A stretch of 64,000 nucleotides of DNA from an uncultured virus (IMG/VR IMGVR_UViG_3300034684_000282) (lineage: Duplodnaviria > Heunggongvirae > Uroviricota > Caudoviricetes): IMG/VR virus record IMGVR_UViG_3300034684_000282. One strand, 5' to 3'. This document shows positions 46,975 through 57,115 of the stretch, in pieces. The first letter of the stretch is position 1, and each line of letters begins with the position of its first letter. A program made the position numbers and the translations under genes. Under the pieces are notes generated by a model. The model had not been told where the DNA came from, made no database searches, and saw nothing but the letters and a program-made list of their open reading frames with translations.

Positions 46975-48774
46975 CTAACTCACGGACTCAACTCGAGACG
47001 TTTTGTCTTTCTTTACCACTAGAATGTGCTTAACGTTTGTAGCGCTGTCTATATCCTCGATAGGTAGCGGGATGTGTGATATTACGAAAAGGTCTACCCG
47101 GTGCCTCCTCTGCACGTCGAGCAGGGCCTCGGTCACAGCCTTTATACCTGGGTAGTCTAGGGAGTCAAACACCTCGTCCAGTATAAGAAACTTAGGCATG
47201 TTCGGGTTTAAGTGGGCGGTAAACTCATACAGGGAGAGCATCATAGCGATGTCAATCCTCTTTCTCTCCCCCGAACTCATCTGCCAGTAATTAGTCTCAA
47301 AGTTGTCCTTGTACAGAAGAATGTCTATCTGCCCGTCGTCGTCTATCTCAATCTTACTGAGGATCTCGTTGTTGTAGAGCTTTGAAATGTAGTAGTCAAA
47401 GATGTCACTCAGTATGTTGATGTACTTTCTAATGATAGCGCTGCGGAGTAGGGACTTGGGCGCGAAGAGGTTGTACCAGTAGTCTAGGTTCTGCTTCCAG
47501 TTGCTTCGAATACCGATAGCCCTACCGATAGCCTCTAGCTTTTTCTCGTACTTATTCTTGTCGACACCGCTGTCGCTACTACTCTCTAGCTCTTCAATCT
47601 CCTTCCTTACCTTTTTAATCTCTGCCTGAACGTTATTTACACTCTGTTCGTTTAGAACCTTGTCGTTGTTAATCTTATTCAGCTGTTCCCTCAACTCACT
47701 CTTACTCTTAGCTACCTCAGTCTTTTTCTTACTAACGCTTTCTACTTCTTTCAAAATTTCTTCTAGCTTGACTGAAAGCTTACTCAACTCATCCTTGTAC
47801 TGCTCGCTTATCCTTTCAGTGTGGTTCCTGGGTACGTACTGCTTGCACGTCGGGCACTCGATGTCAACTAGCGAGTCTATCTTCTTTAATTCCTTCTCAA
47901 GCTTGTCCATACTCTTTCTTACGTAGCTAGCGTTGCTCTGGCAGTCTAGCAAGCGCTTGTCTAGATCCTCTATCTCTTTGTCAAGAGTCTTTATACTTGT
48001 CTCTAGCCACTCGGTGTCTTCAAACTCTACGCACTTTAGGTCGTCTAACTTACTAGTTAACTCTAGCAGTCTAGACTCTAAGTAACTCTTGTACTTACCC
48101 TTGTTTTCATCCACTATGTTTATAATCTCTTCGATATTCTTATAGCTGTAGGTTAACCTGTCTAGATACTTTTCGTTTAAGTTTTTAAAGTCCTTAACCT
48201 TGTTGTAGTAGTCGTCTATTATGTTTAGATCTATTATGTTCTTAAAAAAGTCTAAACGCTGCCCGTAGTTCATAGACAAGAGGTTAACGTTGTCCCTGTA
48301 ATACACTATGACCTGGGAAAACACCTCGGGTAAAATGTTCACAAACAGCTTGATGTCCTTGTCGGACAGCCTCTTCGTCCTCTTTGTCTTTTCCTCACCG
48401 TCGATTAAGACACTCACGGAGCTAGACCCGTCGTACTGCTTGATCCTAGTTATGACAAGGTTCTTCGGACCGTCGTCCGTATTGATTAAGTACTCTACCT
48501 CGTTAAACATGTCCTGCGCACCGTACTTAACCATGTCGTTAAGCCGTACCTTCTGCTTTGTCCCCCTCAAGCCCTTACCGTATATGTTGTAGGTTACGGA
48601 CTCGCCTATGAGGGCGGACTTACCGCTGCCGTTGCTAGCATCCTCACTGTCGCTGTCGTAGTTAACACCGCTAATGATATACAGGACCGGGTCGTCGCTG
48701 ACACTCCGCACTAAGTCTAAGTCAACACTACTAAACGACAGAAAGTTTCTAAGCCTTATACTCTTAATGCGCAT
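46975..48774 (-). CDS. SbcC/Rad50/gp46-like ATPase
   Basis: NFLSF, NGSGKS, CPTC zinc hook, MSSGE, LDEVFD, ISH. Confidence 0.93.
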   Translation of the reverse strand: MRIKSIRLRNFLSFSSVDLDLVRSVSDDPVLYIISGVNYDSDSEDASNGSGKSALIGESVTYNIYGKGLRGTKQKVRLNDMVKYGAQDMFNEVEYLINTDDGPKNLVITRIKQYDGSSSVSVLIDGEEKTKRTKRLSDKDIKLFVNILPEVFSQVIVYYRDNVNLLSMNYGQRLDFFKNIIDLNIIDDYYNKVKDFKNLNEKYLDRLTYSYKNIEEIINIVDENKGKYKSYLESRLLELTSKLDDLKCVEFEDTEWLETSIKTLDKEIEDLDKRLLDCQSNASYVRKSMDKLEKELKKIDSLVDIECPTCKQYVPRNHTERISEQYKDELSKLSVKLEEILKEVESVSKKKTEVAKSKSELREQLNKINNDKVLNEQSVNNVQAEIKKVRKEIEELESSSDSGVDKNKYEKKLEAIGRAIGIRSNWKQNLDYWYNLFAPKSLLRSAIIRKYINILSDIFDYYISKLYNNEILSKIEIDDDGQIDILLYKDNFETNYWQMSSGERKRIDIAMMLSLYEFTAHLNPNMPKFLILDEVFDSLDYPGIKAVTEALLDVQRRHRVDLFVISHIPLPIEDIDSATNVKHILVVKKDKTSRVESVS

Positions 48775-48784
48775 CGAGTCACCC

Positions 48785-48991
48785 TTACTCTACCGGGGGT
48801 ACCGGTGGGTTCTCTTTCGAACTCGCCTGCTCCTTAAACGTATGCTCTAGATACCGAGCCCAGCTGTCGATCGCTATTACTAGTGAGATACCCTCTAGAG
48901 TTTGCTTGTTAATCACCCAAACTGCTAGATTAACAAGCTTGATTGCTAGAGACAACCTCAGTTCCGAAAAAAAATTCTTCACGCTTCTCAC
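48785..48991 (-). CDS. Small hypothetical protein
   Basis: Coupled ORF between the sbcD-like and sbcC-like genes. Confidence 0.55.
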   Translation of the reverse strand: MRSVKNFFSELRLSLAIKLVNLAVWVINKQTLEGISLVIAIDSWARYLEHTFKEQASSKENPPVPPVE

Positions 48992-50115
48992 CGTCTCTTA
49001 ACGTACTCAATGATCTTAACCGCATCGTCCCTACCGGTAGGCGGTTTCTTAAACTGAAGGGCGTAGTCAACCAGCTTGTCGTCAGTCAGCAGGTTGTTGG
49101 CTAGGAGTTCCTCAAACTCGCTTATCGCGTTTAGAGACGCTTGGCTAAACTCCTCGGACGCCGTAGACTTAACAAACTTAACGGACTTGAAGAACTCCCT
49201 TAGCTTTGAAACCTTTCGCATGTCCCTAACGCTACTGTACTTGTACAGTATCTTAGTCCTACTCAGCTTTTCCAACTCGCTGTTCTTACAGTAGTCCCTT
49301 AAGTCTTCAAACTTGCTGTAGACTTTGTATATGTACGTGTGTGGGTTGTCGATATACTTCATTGCTTCAGGCTTGTCAAAGTCAAGCACGTGTAGCCCCT
49401 TAGACTCGCCTGTATTTCGAAAGTCAACGTTTCTACTGGACCCAATGTACACCGCTTTTCTTCCGTCTACCACGTACTCAGCAGGGTCATGCACGTGTCC
49501 GAGTAGTACTAAGTCATACTTATACTTTCTCACTAACTCTTCGGTAGTTGGAACGTTCGGGAGACTCTCTCTCCAACCGCCGTACGCGTGCTGCGTTTCG
49601 AGTAGGTTAAAGTGCCCCATCAGGATCCTCTTAGTCCCGGCGCTAAACTTTCGGTCGGCCTCGTCTAGATAGGGGTATACGTCCGTGCTGTACGGGATAA
49701 AGGCAACCTCCACCCCGTCCTGAATCTTGACAACTTTTGGGGAGTCAAAGACAACTACGTTTGGGTAGTGGGCGAACGGGGCGAGTAGGGACGCCCTTAC
49801 CCTTACGTCTCTGTCACCGACCCTTACCACTGAGACTTTGTTGTCAACGTCGTCGTGGTTTCCGACTATGAGCAGAACGGTAGTATCCAGCGCTATCTCA
49901 GCTATGAGCTTTGAGATAATGCTCATCACGGAGGACGTGATTGAGTTGGGTGAGTTGAATACGTCGCCGAAGAATATCGTGTAGTCAGGTTTCTCCCTGT
50001 AGATACTGCTTCTTATGAGGTCAAACAGCTGAAACACTTCGCGAAACGAGTCGCTGTCGGTGATCGAAGTCTTAGCGTTGTCAATGTGCATGTCCCCCAC
50101 CAGAATGGCCCTCAT
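48988..50115 (-). CDS. SbcD/Mre11/gp47-like nuclease
   Basis: GDMH, GDVF, GNHD, GH, LGHVH, YIGS. Confidence 0.93.
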   Translation of the reverse strand: MRAILVGDMHIDNAKTSITDSDSFREVFQLFDLIRSSIYREKPDYTIFFGDVFNSPNSITSSVMSIISKLIAEIALDTTVLLIVGNHDDVDNKVSVVRVGDRDVRVRASLLAPFAHYPNVVVFDSPKVVKIQDGVEVAFIPYSTDVYPYLDEADRKFSAGTKRILMGHFNLLETQHAYGGWRESLPNVPTTEELVRKYKYDLVLLGHVHDPAEYVVDGRKAVYIGSSRNVDFRNTGESKGLHVLDFDKPEAMKYIDNPHTYIYKVYSKFEDLRDYCKNSELEKLSRTKILYKYSSVRDMRKVSKLREFFKSVKFVKSTASEEFSQASLNAISEFEELLANNLLTDDKLVDYALQFKKPPTGRDDAVKIIEYVKRR

Positions 50116-51227
50116 GACACCACCCTTCGCTTGCTTAATAGTTTTACTGCCTCGTTTATTTTGTGTGAAAAATACACTAAAACTGCGGCAGATTTAGCAT
50201 TTTTTCGCAGTATTTGTGTGTATTCTAAGTCGTTCCCCTTGTACATGTCTAAGTGAAGGAGTTTGTAGAGTTCTCTTTGGTCGTACTTGAGCTTTCTCTC
50301 GAAAGTTTCCCTCTCTATAGTAGAGTTTACCCTGTATACGAACGGGTTTTCTAAGTTTGACAAGTCAATGACTGACTGGTTGCTCTGAATCAACCTTTTG
50401 TTACCGCTGTCTGACAAGACAGTCTTAAAGTTTTCTAGCAGTCTCTTATCCCTACTACTCAGCCCGTCGGCGTAGTTGCCTAAGATACTAGAAACACTCT
50501 TCTCTAGCTCACCAACGCTGCTAACAGTAGCTTTATCCCCGTACACGCTGTCGATAACGTTAAACACTCTAGAGACCTTCTTCCATCCCCAATTGTACAG
50601 CCCGCTTACACTGTCACTCTTGTCACCGACTATAGACTTCGCTAAGGCGTAGTTACGGTGGCTGAAGCAAGCGTCAAGCTTGTACTTGCTACACCAGTTG
50701 TCGACCGTAACTTCCCCCTTGTACCAGTCAAAAATGGTAGTATCCTCGCCCAGCAGCTGCACAAAGTCTGAGTCACTCGACGCTACGATAAACCTTGCCT
50801 TGTCGTCTAGTCTTCTTAGGTACCTGGTTAAAACGTAAACAATCAGATCCGCTTCCGTATTCTTTACGTCGATGAACGGAAACGGCAGAGTGTACACGAC
50901 TTTCTTAAGGTACTCAACGTAACTCTTTTCTTTCTCCTCGTTGGTTAAACTCTTAAACCTCTTGCTACCACTCTTATAACCGCTTAGAATCGCCGTAGCT
51001 CTCCTGTTGTACCCGTTGTCGGAGCAGATATATATTAAGTTTGGCTTAAGCTCACTTACCAAGTCAGTTATCCTGTTTATCAAGCTAACAGTTAAACCGG
51101 TGACTAACTCCGCCTCGTCTAGACTAGAGATGTCTCGCGAGTACGTGTAGCGCTTTACAAGGTTAAGCCAGTCGACTATAAGGTACTTCACCCTACTCTC
51201 CTTCTTAGAAAACACAAGGGTAGACAC
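50112..51227 (-). CDS. 5'-3' exonuclease / T4 RNase H (FEN-like)
   Basis: LIVD, YK, EAD, SSDSDFVQL, GDKSDSV.G. Confidence 0.88.
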   Translation of the reverse strand: MSTLVFSKKESRVKYLIVDWLNLVKRYTYSRDISSLDEAELVTGLTVSLINRITDLVSELKPNLIYICSDNGYNRRATAILSGYKSGSKRFKSLTNEEKEKSYVEYLKKVVYTLPFPFIDVKNTEADLIVYVLTRYLRRLDDKARFIVASSDSDFVQLLGEDTTIFDWYKGEVTVDNWCSKYKLDACFSHRNYALAKSIVGDKSDSVSGLYNWGWKKVSRVFNVIDSVYGDKATVSSVGELEKSVSSILGNYADGLSSRDKRLLENFKTVLSDSGNKRLIQSNQSVIDLSNLENPFVYRVNSTIERETFERKLKYDQRELYKLLHLDMYKGNDLEYTQILRKNAKSAAVLVYFSHKINEAVKLLSKRRVVS

Positions 51228-51268
51228 TTCACCTACCCTTATGTTTCCTGAAACTTGTGTCAGCTAAA

Positions 51269-52048
51269 CTAGTCTCTTCTAGCCGTTACCGCTAGGGTAA
51301 CTACGGACTTGTCATCCTTTAGTGTAACTCCGATCAGTAGGTCACTCACCAGCATGCTTAAGCTACTGTCGCTCCTACACTTTGTAATCTTGTTTAAAAC
51401 TTTAACTAAGTTAGTGTCATACTTACCGCTAAAGCCGGGGTCAACTTCTACGTCAAACGTGTACTGAAACTCATTACCCAAGACATCCTTACCCAGCGCC
51501 GTAAGCTTACCGCTCTTTTCCCTAAACTCTAGAGCGTCTAAGTCTGACAAGACTGACACCATGTCGACTAGTTCCTTTAACTGCGGCAGTTCTGGGCTAA
51601 AGACCGTAAACTTTGAGTCCCTGATGTCGTTCTCACTCTTAGCTAACTCGTACAGCTCTTCACCGGTGTGTGGAAACTCAAACACGTCACCCTCGCTTAT
51701 CATGAGTAGCGCCATGTCTAGCTTCTTACTCGGCCCCTTGGCGGAAATTTTATTCTTTGTTACCGTTAGCTCCTCAAAACCGGAGTTCAGCACGCTGTTG
51801 ATCAGAGCTTTGTTGAGCGGTAGCCTTACCACTAAGCCGGAGTTGTCCTCAATATCTTCGAAATCACTGACTACTACCTTTCCGGAAAACACCGTGTCGC
51901 CGTTAATGTCGATAGTCTCGATAGCTACCGCGCTCTCCCCATCCTTCTTGACAAACTTTACCGGTACACTTGAAAAGGTATCTGGACACAGCGCTAGTAA
52001 GTATTTTAGGCTCTCAACATCACTGGGTTTAAGTACTACTTTACTCAT
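51269..52048 (-). CDS. Sliding clamp (gp45/PCNA-like), putative
   Basis: 259-aa acidic alpha/beta protein in the replication cluster near the clamp loader. Confidence 0.55.
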   Translation of the reverse strand: MSKVVLKPSDVESLKYLLALCPDTFSSVPVKFVKKDGESAVAIETIDINGDTVFSGKVVVSDFEDIEDNSGLVVRLPLNKALINSVLNSGFEELTVTKNKISAKGPSKKLDMALLMISEGDVFEFPHTGEELYELAKSENDIRDSKFTVFSPELPQLKELVDMVSVLSDLDALEFREKSGKLTALGKDVLGNEFQYTFDVEVDPGFSGKYDTNLVKVLNKITKCRSDSSLSMLVSDLLIGVTLKDDKSVVTLAVTARRD

Positions 52049-52131
52049 CGCAAAACCTTCCTTTCACTGTTAGTTGTCAGTTTACAAACTTCTGTTAATT
52101 CCCTACTAACTTCCTGCCTACTCTTCCGCAC

Positions 52132-53205
52132 TCAAACAACGTCAAACATTGCGTTAAAAAACACGTTGTTGTACAGCTCGCACACGTCACTCTCTACGTT
52201 AAACTTTGACGCTAAGTAGACAAACGCCTGCGCTATCTCTAAGTAAGCTGGTATAACGTGACTGTGCATTGTAACCTCCGCGTTACAGTCTGTATTAAGT
52301 AACTTATACACAGAGTTAATTAACGCTACTATTTCTCGGCGTGACTCTGTGTATACACTAGTAAAAAACGTAGCGATACCGTCGCTGACAGCCTGCGCGT
52401 TCTCAACTAACTCAGCGTGGTCCTTCAGCAACAGCCGTTTCCAACTAACACCGTTGCTAAGCAAGTTGTCGATTAAACCGTAGTCTCTCTCGTAGAAGTG
52501 CGCGCTCCCGATGTGTACCAGCATGTCGCTGTACTGCGCACCCAGCACCCTAGCCAGAAGCTGCCCTACTATGTCCCACCAGGGAATGTCAAAGGTTAAG
52601 CCCTTAACCGCGTCCGAAGACCTGATGTGTACTAAGTTGTACAGCCTTCCGTCCCTTATCAAAAAGTGCTGGGTTTGGGTGCACGTAAAATCCCTAACAC
52701 CGTCTTCGTATATGTTCGGCAGGGTGTACTGGATGATAGCTTGCCTGCTGTGTGGGTCCCGGTTAAGCGTTCTAACAACGTACGAGAACGGGCTGTCTGG
52801 ATATGACCTTAACAGGTTGTACTTGTATATCGGAATCTCAGTCACGGGCTTGTAGAAAACGTGGTAACCGTAGTTTGAGTTGACCTTGTTTTCGTGTAGC
52901 TTGACTTCGTGCGGTGGGTAGCGGCGCTCACTTTTAGGGTTTCTTAGACTATCCCACATTCTCCCGAAGCGCGCGATGTAGTCCGGCTGTAGGTAGCCGG
53001 ACATGTACCACATAAACTCCGCGCGTAGGTACCTTCCCTCGGGAGTAGTGCTGTCGGCGGTGTTTCGAAACTTGGAGTTGACTATAGTCTCACTGTTCGT
53101 CACCCTTAAGTCCTTAAACAAAAGTTCGGTTACTTCCTGCCCTCTCGGGCTAGACTTAAACCCACTAGTCTTAATGTCGCTAACTAAGTCTACATACGTG
53201 TTCAC
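52132..53205 (-). CDS. Thymidylate-synthase-fold protein (dCMP hydroxymethylase/methylase-like)
   Basis: SPRG..E, AEFMWY, NYG, DPHSRQA, DFTCT..HFLIRDGRL..RSSD..GLTFD..SAHFY. Confidence 0.85.
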   Translation of the reverse strand: MNTYVDLVSDIKTSGFKSSPRGQEVTELLFKDLRVTNSETIVNSKFRNTADSTTPEGRYLRAEFMWYMSGYLQPDYIARFGRMWDSLRNPKSERRYPPHEVKLHENKVNSNYGYHVFYKPVTEIPIYKYNLLRSYPDSPFSYVVRTLNRDPHSRQAIIQYTLPNIYEDGVRDFTCTQTQHFLIRDGRLYNLVHIRSSDAVKGLTFDIPWWDIVGQLLARVLGAQYSDMLVHIGSAHFYERDYGLIDNLLSNGVSWKRLLLKDHAELVENAQAVSDGIATFFTSVYTESRREIVALINSVYKLLNTDCNAEVTMHSHVIPAYLEIAQAFVYLASKFNVESDVCELYNNVFFNAMFDVV

Positions 53206-53223
53206 CGGAATACCTCCCTTCTA

Positions 53224-54198
53224 CTACCCGTTACTCTCGCTGATTAACTCCTTTAGTGTAACAACGCAGCTTAGAAACACGAGGTCCCTGTCGACCACGA
53301 CTCTAGACTTGTAGGCGTGGTCGGCTATGACGATGATAGCGTCGGGTATGTCGTAGTTCTCGACAAAGTAGTCCTTCAGCGACGTGTATATGTTTTCGTC
53401 AAAAATGATCCTCTTAGTTAACTTTGCTATGTCCTTAATACTACTAGCTTTGGTAAATATTTGGTCAAAGAGCTTGCGGTAAGACTCTAGAATACCGTCC
53501 CTCAGTACGGCTTCGCTTAGCTTCCCGTGTATAGTGTGTAGTTTCTGCGACTCGTTGATAATCTTTCGCAAGTCAGAGTTGTACTTCTTAATCACGCTTA
53601 CAACGTACTCCTCGGTGTAGCTAACTCCCTCGCTGTCGAGTATCTCAACCAACCGCTTGGCGGCGTCGACCGGTTCAACGTGGGTTTCAAACTCTACACA
53701 CCGGCTTCGAATCGCGTCGCTAATCCTGTTAACGGCGTTGCACGTGAGTATAAACCTGCAGTACTTGCTGGAAGTCTCCATCAGCTCTCGCAGCGAGTCC
53801 TGAGCCGTGTAGTTCAAGCCGTCCGCCTCGTTTAAGACAACAACCTTAAGGGTGTTTCCCCAAGCGGACGACGTAGCAAAGGCCATCACCTTGTCGCGGA
53901 TAGTGTCGATACCGCGCTCCTCAGACGCGTTAATGACTAACTTAGAGCACTTAACGTTGCTTAGGATAACGCTGACAATCGAGTTCTTACCCGTCCCCGG
54001 CTTACCGTAGAGCAGTAGGTTGGGGATGTCTTGCTTTCTAATCGACTCGGTTAGAAACTTCTTAACGTCGCTGCTAGCAGCCAGTTCCTCAACCTTAGTC
54101 GGCCGGTACTTCTCGGTCCACAGCGAATGAACCCTCTCCACTAAGGCACGAACACCCTCACCGATACTTTTGTCACTCAATCCTACATCCTCCAACAC
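53224..54198 (-). CDS. Clamp loader AAA+ subunit (gp44/RFC-like)
   Basis: LWTEKYRP, GKPGTGK, NASEERGIDTIR, NEAD, SRC. Confidence 0.93.
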   Translation of the reverse strand: MLEDVGLSDKSIGEGVRALVERVHSLWTEKYRPTKVEELAASSDVKKFLTESIRKQDIPNLLLYGKPGTGKNSIVSVILSNVKCSKLVINASEERGIDTIRDKVMAFATSSAWGNTLKVVVLNEADGLNYTAQDSLRELMETSSKYCRFILTCNAVNRISDAIRSRCVEFETHVEPVDAAKRLVEILDSEGVSYTEEYVVSVIKKYNSDLRKIINESQKLHTIHGKLSEAVLRDGILESYRKLFDQIFTKASSIKDIAKLTKRIIFDENIYTSLKDYFVENYDIPDAIIVIADHAYKSRVVVDRDLVFLSCVVTLKELISESNG

Positions 54199-54433
54199 TG
54201 TAATTAGCTACCGCTTTGTAGAAGCTTGACTAGTTAGTTGTATTATAACTCGCTTCGGTGATGTTGTACATAGCTTTGCTTCAAAGAATAGCAACCACTG
54301 CTATGTTAGCTAAATACACTCTAACTATAGAGATACTTTTATGGTGAAAAAAACGCTGTATTTGTAACTATTTAATATATATTACTCTAGAGCAATATTA
54401 TTTTTAAAAACTACGCTAGTTATAATTATTTAT

Positions 54434-54682
54434 TGGCTCAAAAACATCTAGATGTTTTTGAGCCAGTCAAAGAATTGCTAGCATGCTAGCAATTCTTTGA
54501 CTCTAACTGTTAGCAACAATTACTACGTAGCAGTGCTGATTGATTTAATTAACAGTACTGTTTATTATATTTTTTATTAGCAATGCTATAACTAAATATC
54601 TTAGCTATAGTTTTTAATATCAATCAGTGTAACATAAACATGTTTATGTTACAATCGAAGAATTGCTAAGCAATTCTTCGAT
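54434..54682. repeat. Two tandem pairs of long perfect palindromes in the AT-rich divergent intergenic region
   Basis: 54434-54465 (32 bp), 54465-54502 (38 bp), 54628-54653 (26 bp), 54654-54682 (29 bp with a 1-nt spacer). Confidence 0.9.
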
Positions 54683-55380
54683 ACAACTACAAGTATTTAC
54701 ACTGTATAGTTAACATGTTATCTAAGTTCTAGAATCAATAAATTACCAGTTCTTTATATTGCAATGATTAGTAATATTTTTAATATTTATTTATAAATAT
54801 TTTTATTATTATTTATACATAGCTAAGCTAGAGTGCTAAACGCCTACAGTTAAACTAAGCACTAAGGCACTAAACAACATCTACTAACACATGCTACTAG
54901 TGTATTAGCCTTTATTATAATTACGCTACTTTTCGAATCTAGATTCTAGCTGTACTACTCCGCGGAGCGCTCCGCTGCTCGAGCTTAGTTAACTAAACAC
55001 TGTACGTTAAAAATTTAAAAACATGTTTGAATTCTTCTAACTACTCACCGCCTTACTTAAATAAAGGCTTTCTACACTTACACTGTATGTAGAGTACTCT
55101 CACTGTCTAATTATAACTTACTACATCTCTAAGAAAAACGGCTAGTTTTCAAAAAGCCCTGCATAAATAGCACCCGTTGCTACTAATTTTTTTGAGAATT
55201 GGAGTCGTCTTGGTGTGTGCAGGGTTTTACTAGTGTCGATAGTTAACTTACTGTAGTTTTAAGAAAGTAATTGGCTTTCGAAGAAGTACTGTATAAATAG
55301 CACTAGTTGCTATAAATGCATTTTAAAAAAACAACATTAAAAACCGTGTGTTAGCTAGCAGTTGTACTTTTCCTACTGCG

Positions 55381-55490
55381 TGTGATATAATCTCCGTAGA
55401 GAGAGTGAATTCGCTTAAAACTAACCGGCAGTAGAGTTTTACACCGTGCTCAAGACTACTGTTTACATTTAACGACTACTGTGGTATAAT
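55381..55490 (+). promoter_or_regulatory. Tandem host-sigma-type extended -10 promoters
   Basis: TGTGATATAAT (55381) and TGTGGTATAAT (55480); similar motifs at 60031 and on the minus strand near 35860, 37503 and 44784. Confidence 0.55.
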
Positions 55491-55523
55491 AAAACAAACG
55501 CGTTAGAAAAACGGGGTGACAGT

Positions 55524-56468
55524 ATGTCTAAATCTAAGCCGCTTACAAGAGAGTACTTTTCCGAAAAAGACATGACTAAGTATGTTAGAGAATACCAGTT
55601 AAGAAAAGACGGAGAGTCGTTTAAAAAGATTAAGCCTAGTATTCTAAAGCTTATCAACGGAATGATCAACAAGCAGTTTAGCTACAACTATCACATTCAA
55701 AACAACCGGGGTGACGTTGAGGCTGAGTGTTTTATTGAGATACTGAGAGCGCTAGACAGGTACGACCCGGAGAAGGGTCGCCTGTTTGCGTACCTAAACA
55801 GGGTTGCGAAGAATACTATGATGAAGTACTACAAGCATTCGAGAAGGGTAAGGGATCGGGAGAAAACCTACACCGACGTAGTTGGAAACTTCGACGAGAG
55901 TAACACTAGCGGCGACGACGCTGCGATGTCTTCGGGTATGAAGTGGGCGAACTTGTACGTAGATGATACGTATGATCTAAATAGTAAGCTAAGACTAAAC
56001 CCCTCCTGCAGCAGTGCTACCCTTGGAGTAGACGACACGATTAACATAATCTACAACTACCTGAGTAGCGTAAGAGACGCTGTAGCGTACTTCGTTAACA
56101 ATAAGAATGCCGTTGACGACTTAATTAAGGATATCAATCTTTCAACCGATGTAGACTTTAACTTTACCAACAGCTACAGCGGTGTTATACTCTCTGAAAA
56201 GATGTTTTATACTATGCTTATAAACAGACTCTACGAGTTTATAAACACCGTTGTCTTGTACATTGAGAGTAAGTATAGAGACTACATTCGTAAAGACGAC
56301 AGCAGCGTTGCGTACGACGGTAGGTGGTCTCGCCGAGCCGTAGGTTACGTAAGAAAGATAGTTAAGACAAAGTTAAAGAACGACAGTCTAACTCGCTACT
56401 ACAAGGCTGACGATCTAGTAAACTTTATCAAGTACTTGGTCAAAAAGAGGTACGGATACGGTGAGTAA
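55524..56468 (+). CDS. Phage sigma factor (gp55/sigma70 region 2-like)
   Basis: DVEAECFIEILRALDRYDPEKGRLFAYLNRVAKN. Confidence 0.8.
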   Translation: MSKSKPLTREYFSEKDMTKYVREYQLRKDGESFKKIKPSILKLINGMINKQFSYNYHIQNNRGDVEAECFIEILRALDRYDPEKGRLFAYLNRVAKNTMMKYYKHSRRVRDREKTYTDVVGNFDESNTSGDDAAMSSGMKWANLYVDDTYDLNSKLRLNPSCSSATLGVDDTINIIYNYLSSVRDAVAYFVNNKNAVDDLIKDINLSTDVDFNFTNSYSGVILSEKMFYTMLINRLYEFINTVVLYIESKYRDYIRKDDSSVAYDGRWSRRAVGYVRKIVKTKLKNDSLTRYYKADDLVNFIKYLVKKRYGYGE

Positions 56469-57102
56469 GCTTACGCTACTACCCGACAGGCTAAACAAGG
56501 ACAAGGCGCGCTTGCTCCTGCTAGCGAGAGTCACGGAAGCGTACAACAGAATCCTGTACAAGTACACTAAGTCTAACAGAGGGAAGATTGCTGTCCCAAG
56601 AACTAACACGATTGAGATTCCTAGAAAGTACGCTACGATTAACGAATACGTTAACTCTAAGCCCGCGTGGCGGCAGATTCTAAACTTTTTAAGAGAAACC
56701 GACGGTGTAAACATTGAAGAGTACCTCAACGTGATGTTTCGAAACTGGAGAGACATAGCGATACACGCTAACATGCCTAACCAAGAGACCCCGCTTAGCA
56801 GCGTAATATTCTCCACAAAAGTAGCCCCGCTGTTTTACAAGTATAGGGAGAGGGAAAAGCTGGCCGAAGAGTTGAACAAGCACCTTCCTAACAAGAAGTC
56901 CGAGGACTTTTACAGGCTTACACCGTCGCTGCAGTCAAACGTTAGCAGTTTATTTAGACTCAAGAAGCTTAACCCTGACATTTCGTACTATGAGATAGTA
57001 GACATTTTTAAGGGTGAGTTTGAGGATGTCTTTGTCAGTAAAGTCAAGGAGTTGGACGAGTCGGAGATTACGTTAGAAAAATTAATGAGTATGTTTAAGT
57101 AG
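56461..57102 (+). CDS. Hypothetical protein
   Basis: Coupled ORF before the helicase. Confidence 0.75.
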   Translation: MSKLTLLPDRLNKDKARLLLLARVTEAYNRILYKYTKSNRGKIAVPRTNTIEIPRKYATINEYVNSKPAWRQILNFLRETDGVNIEEYLNVMFRNWRDIAIHANMPNQETPLSSVIFSTKVAPLFYKYREREKLAEELNKHLPNKKSEDFYRLTPSLQSNVSSLFRLKKLNPDISYYEIVDIFKGEFEDVFVSKVKELDESEITLEKLMSMFK

Positions 57103-57115
57103 GAAGGGTGAAGTC

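Noticed and set aside
55292..55299. T4-type late promoter TATAAATA
   Set aside because: An isolated match in AT-rich DNA, far from structural genes; a different motif tracks the late genes
54199..55523. tRNA genes or protein-coding genes in the large intergenic region
   Set aside because: No cloverleaf or T-loop (GTTCRA) context recognised, and no credible ORF of 60 aa or more
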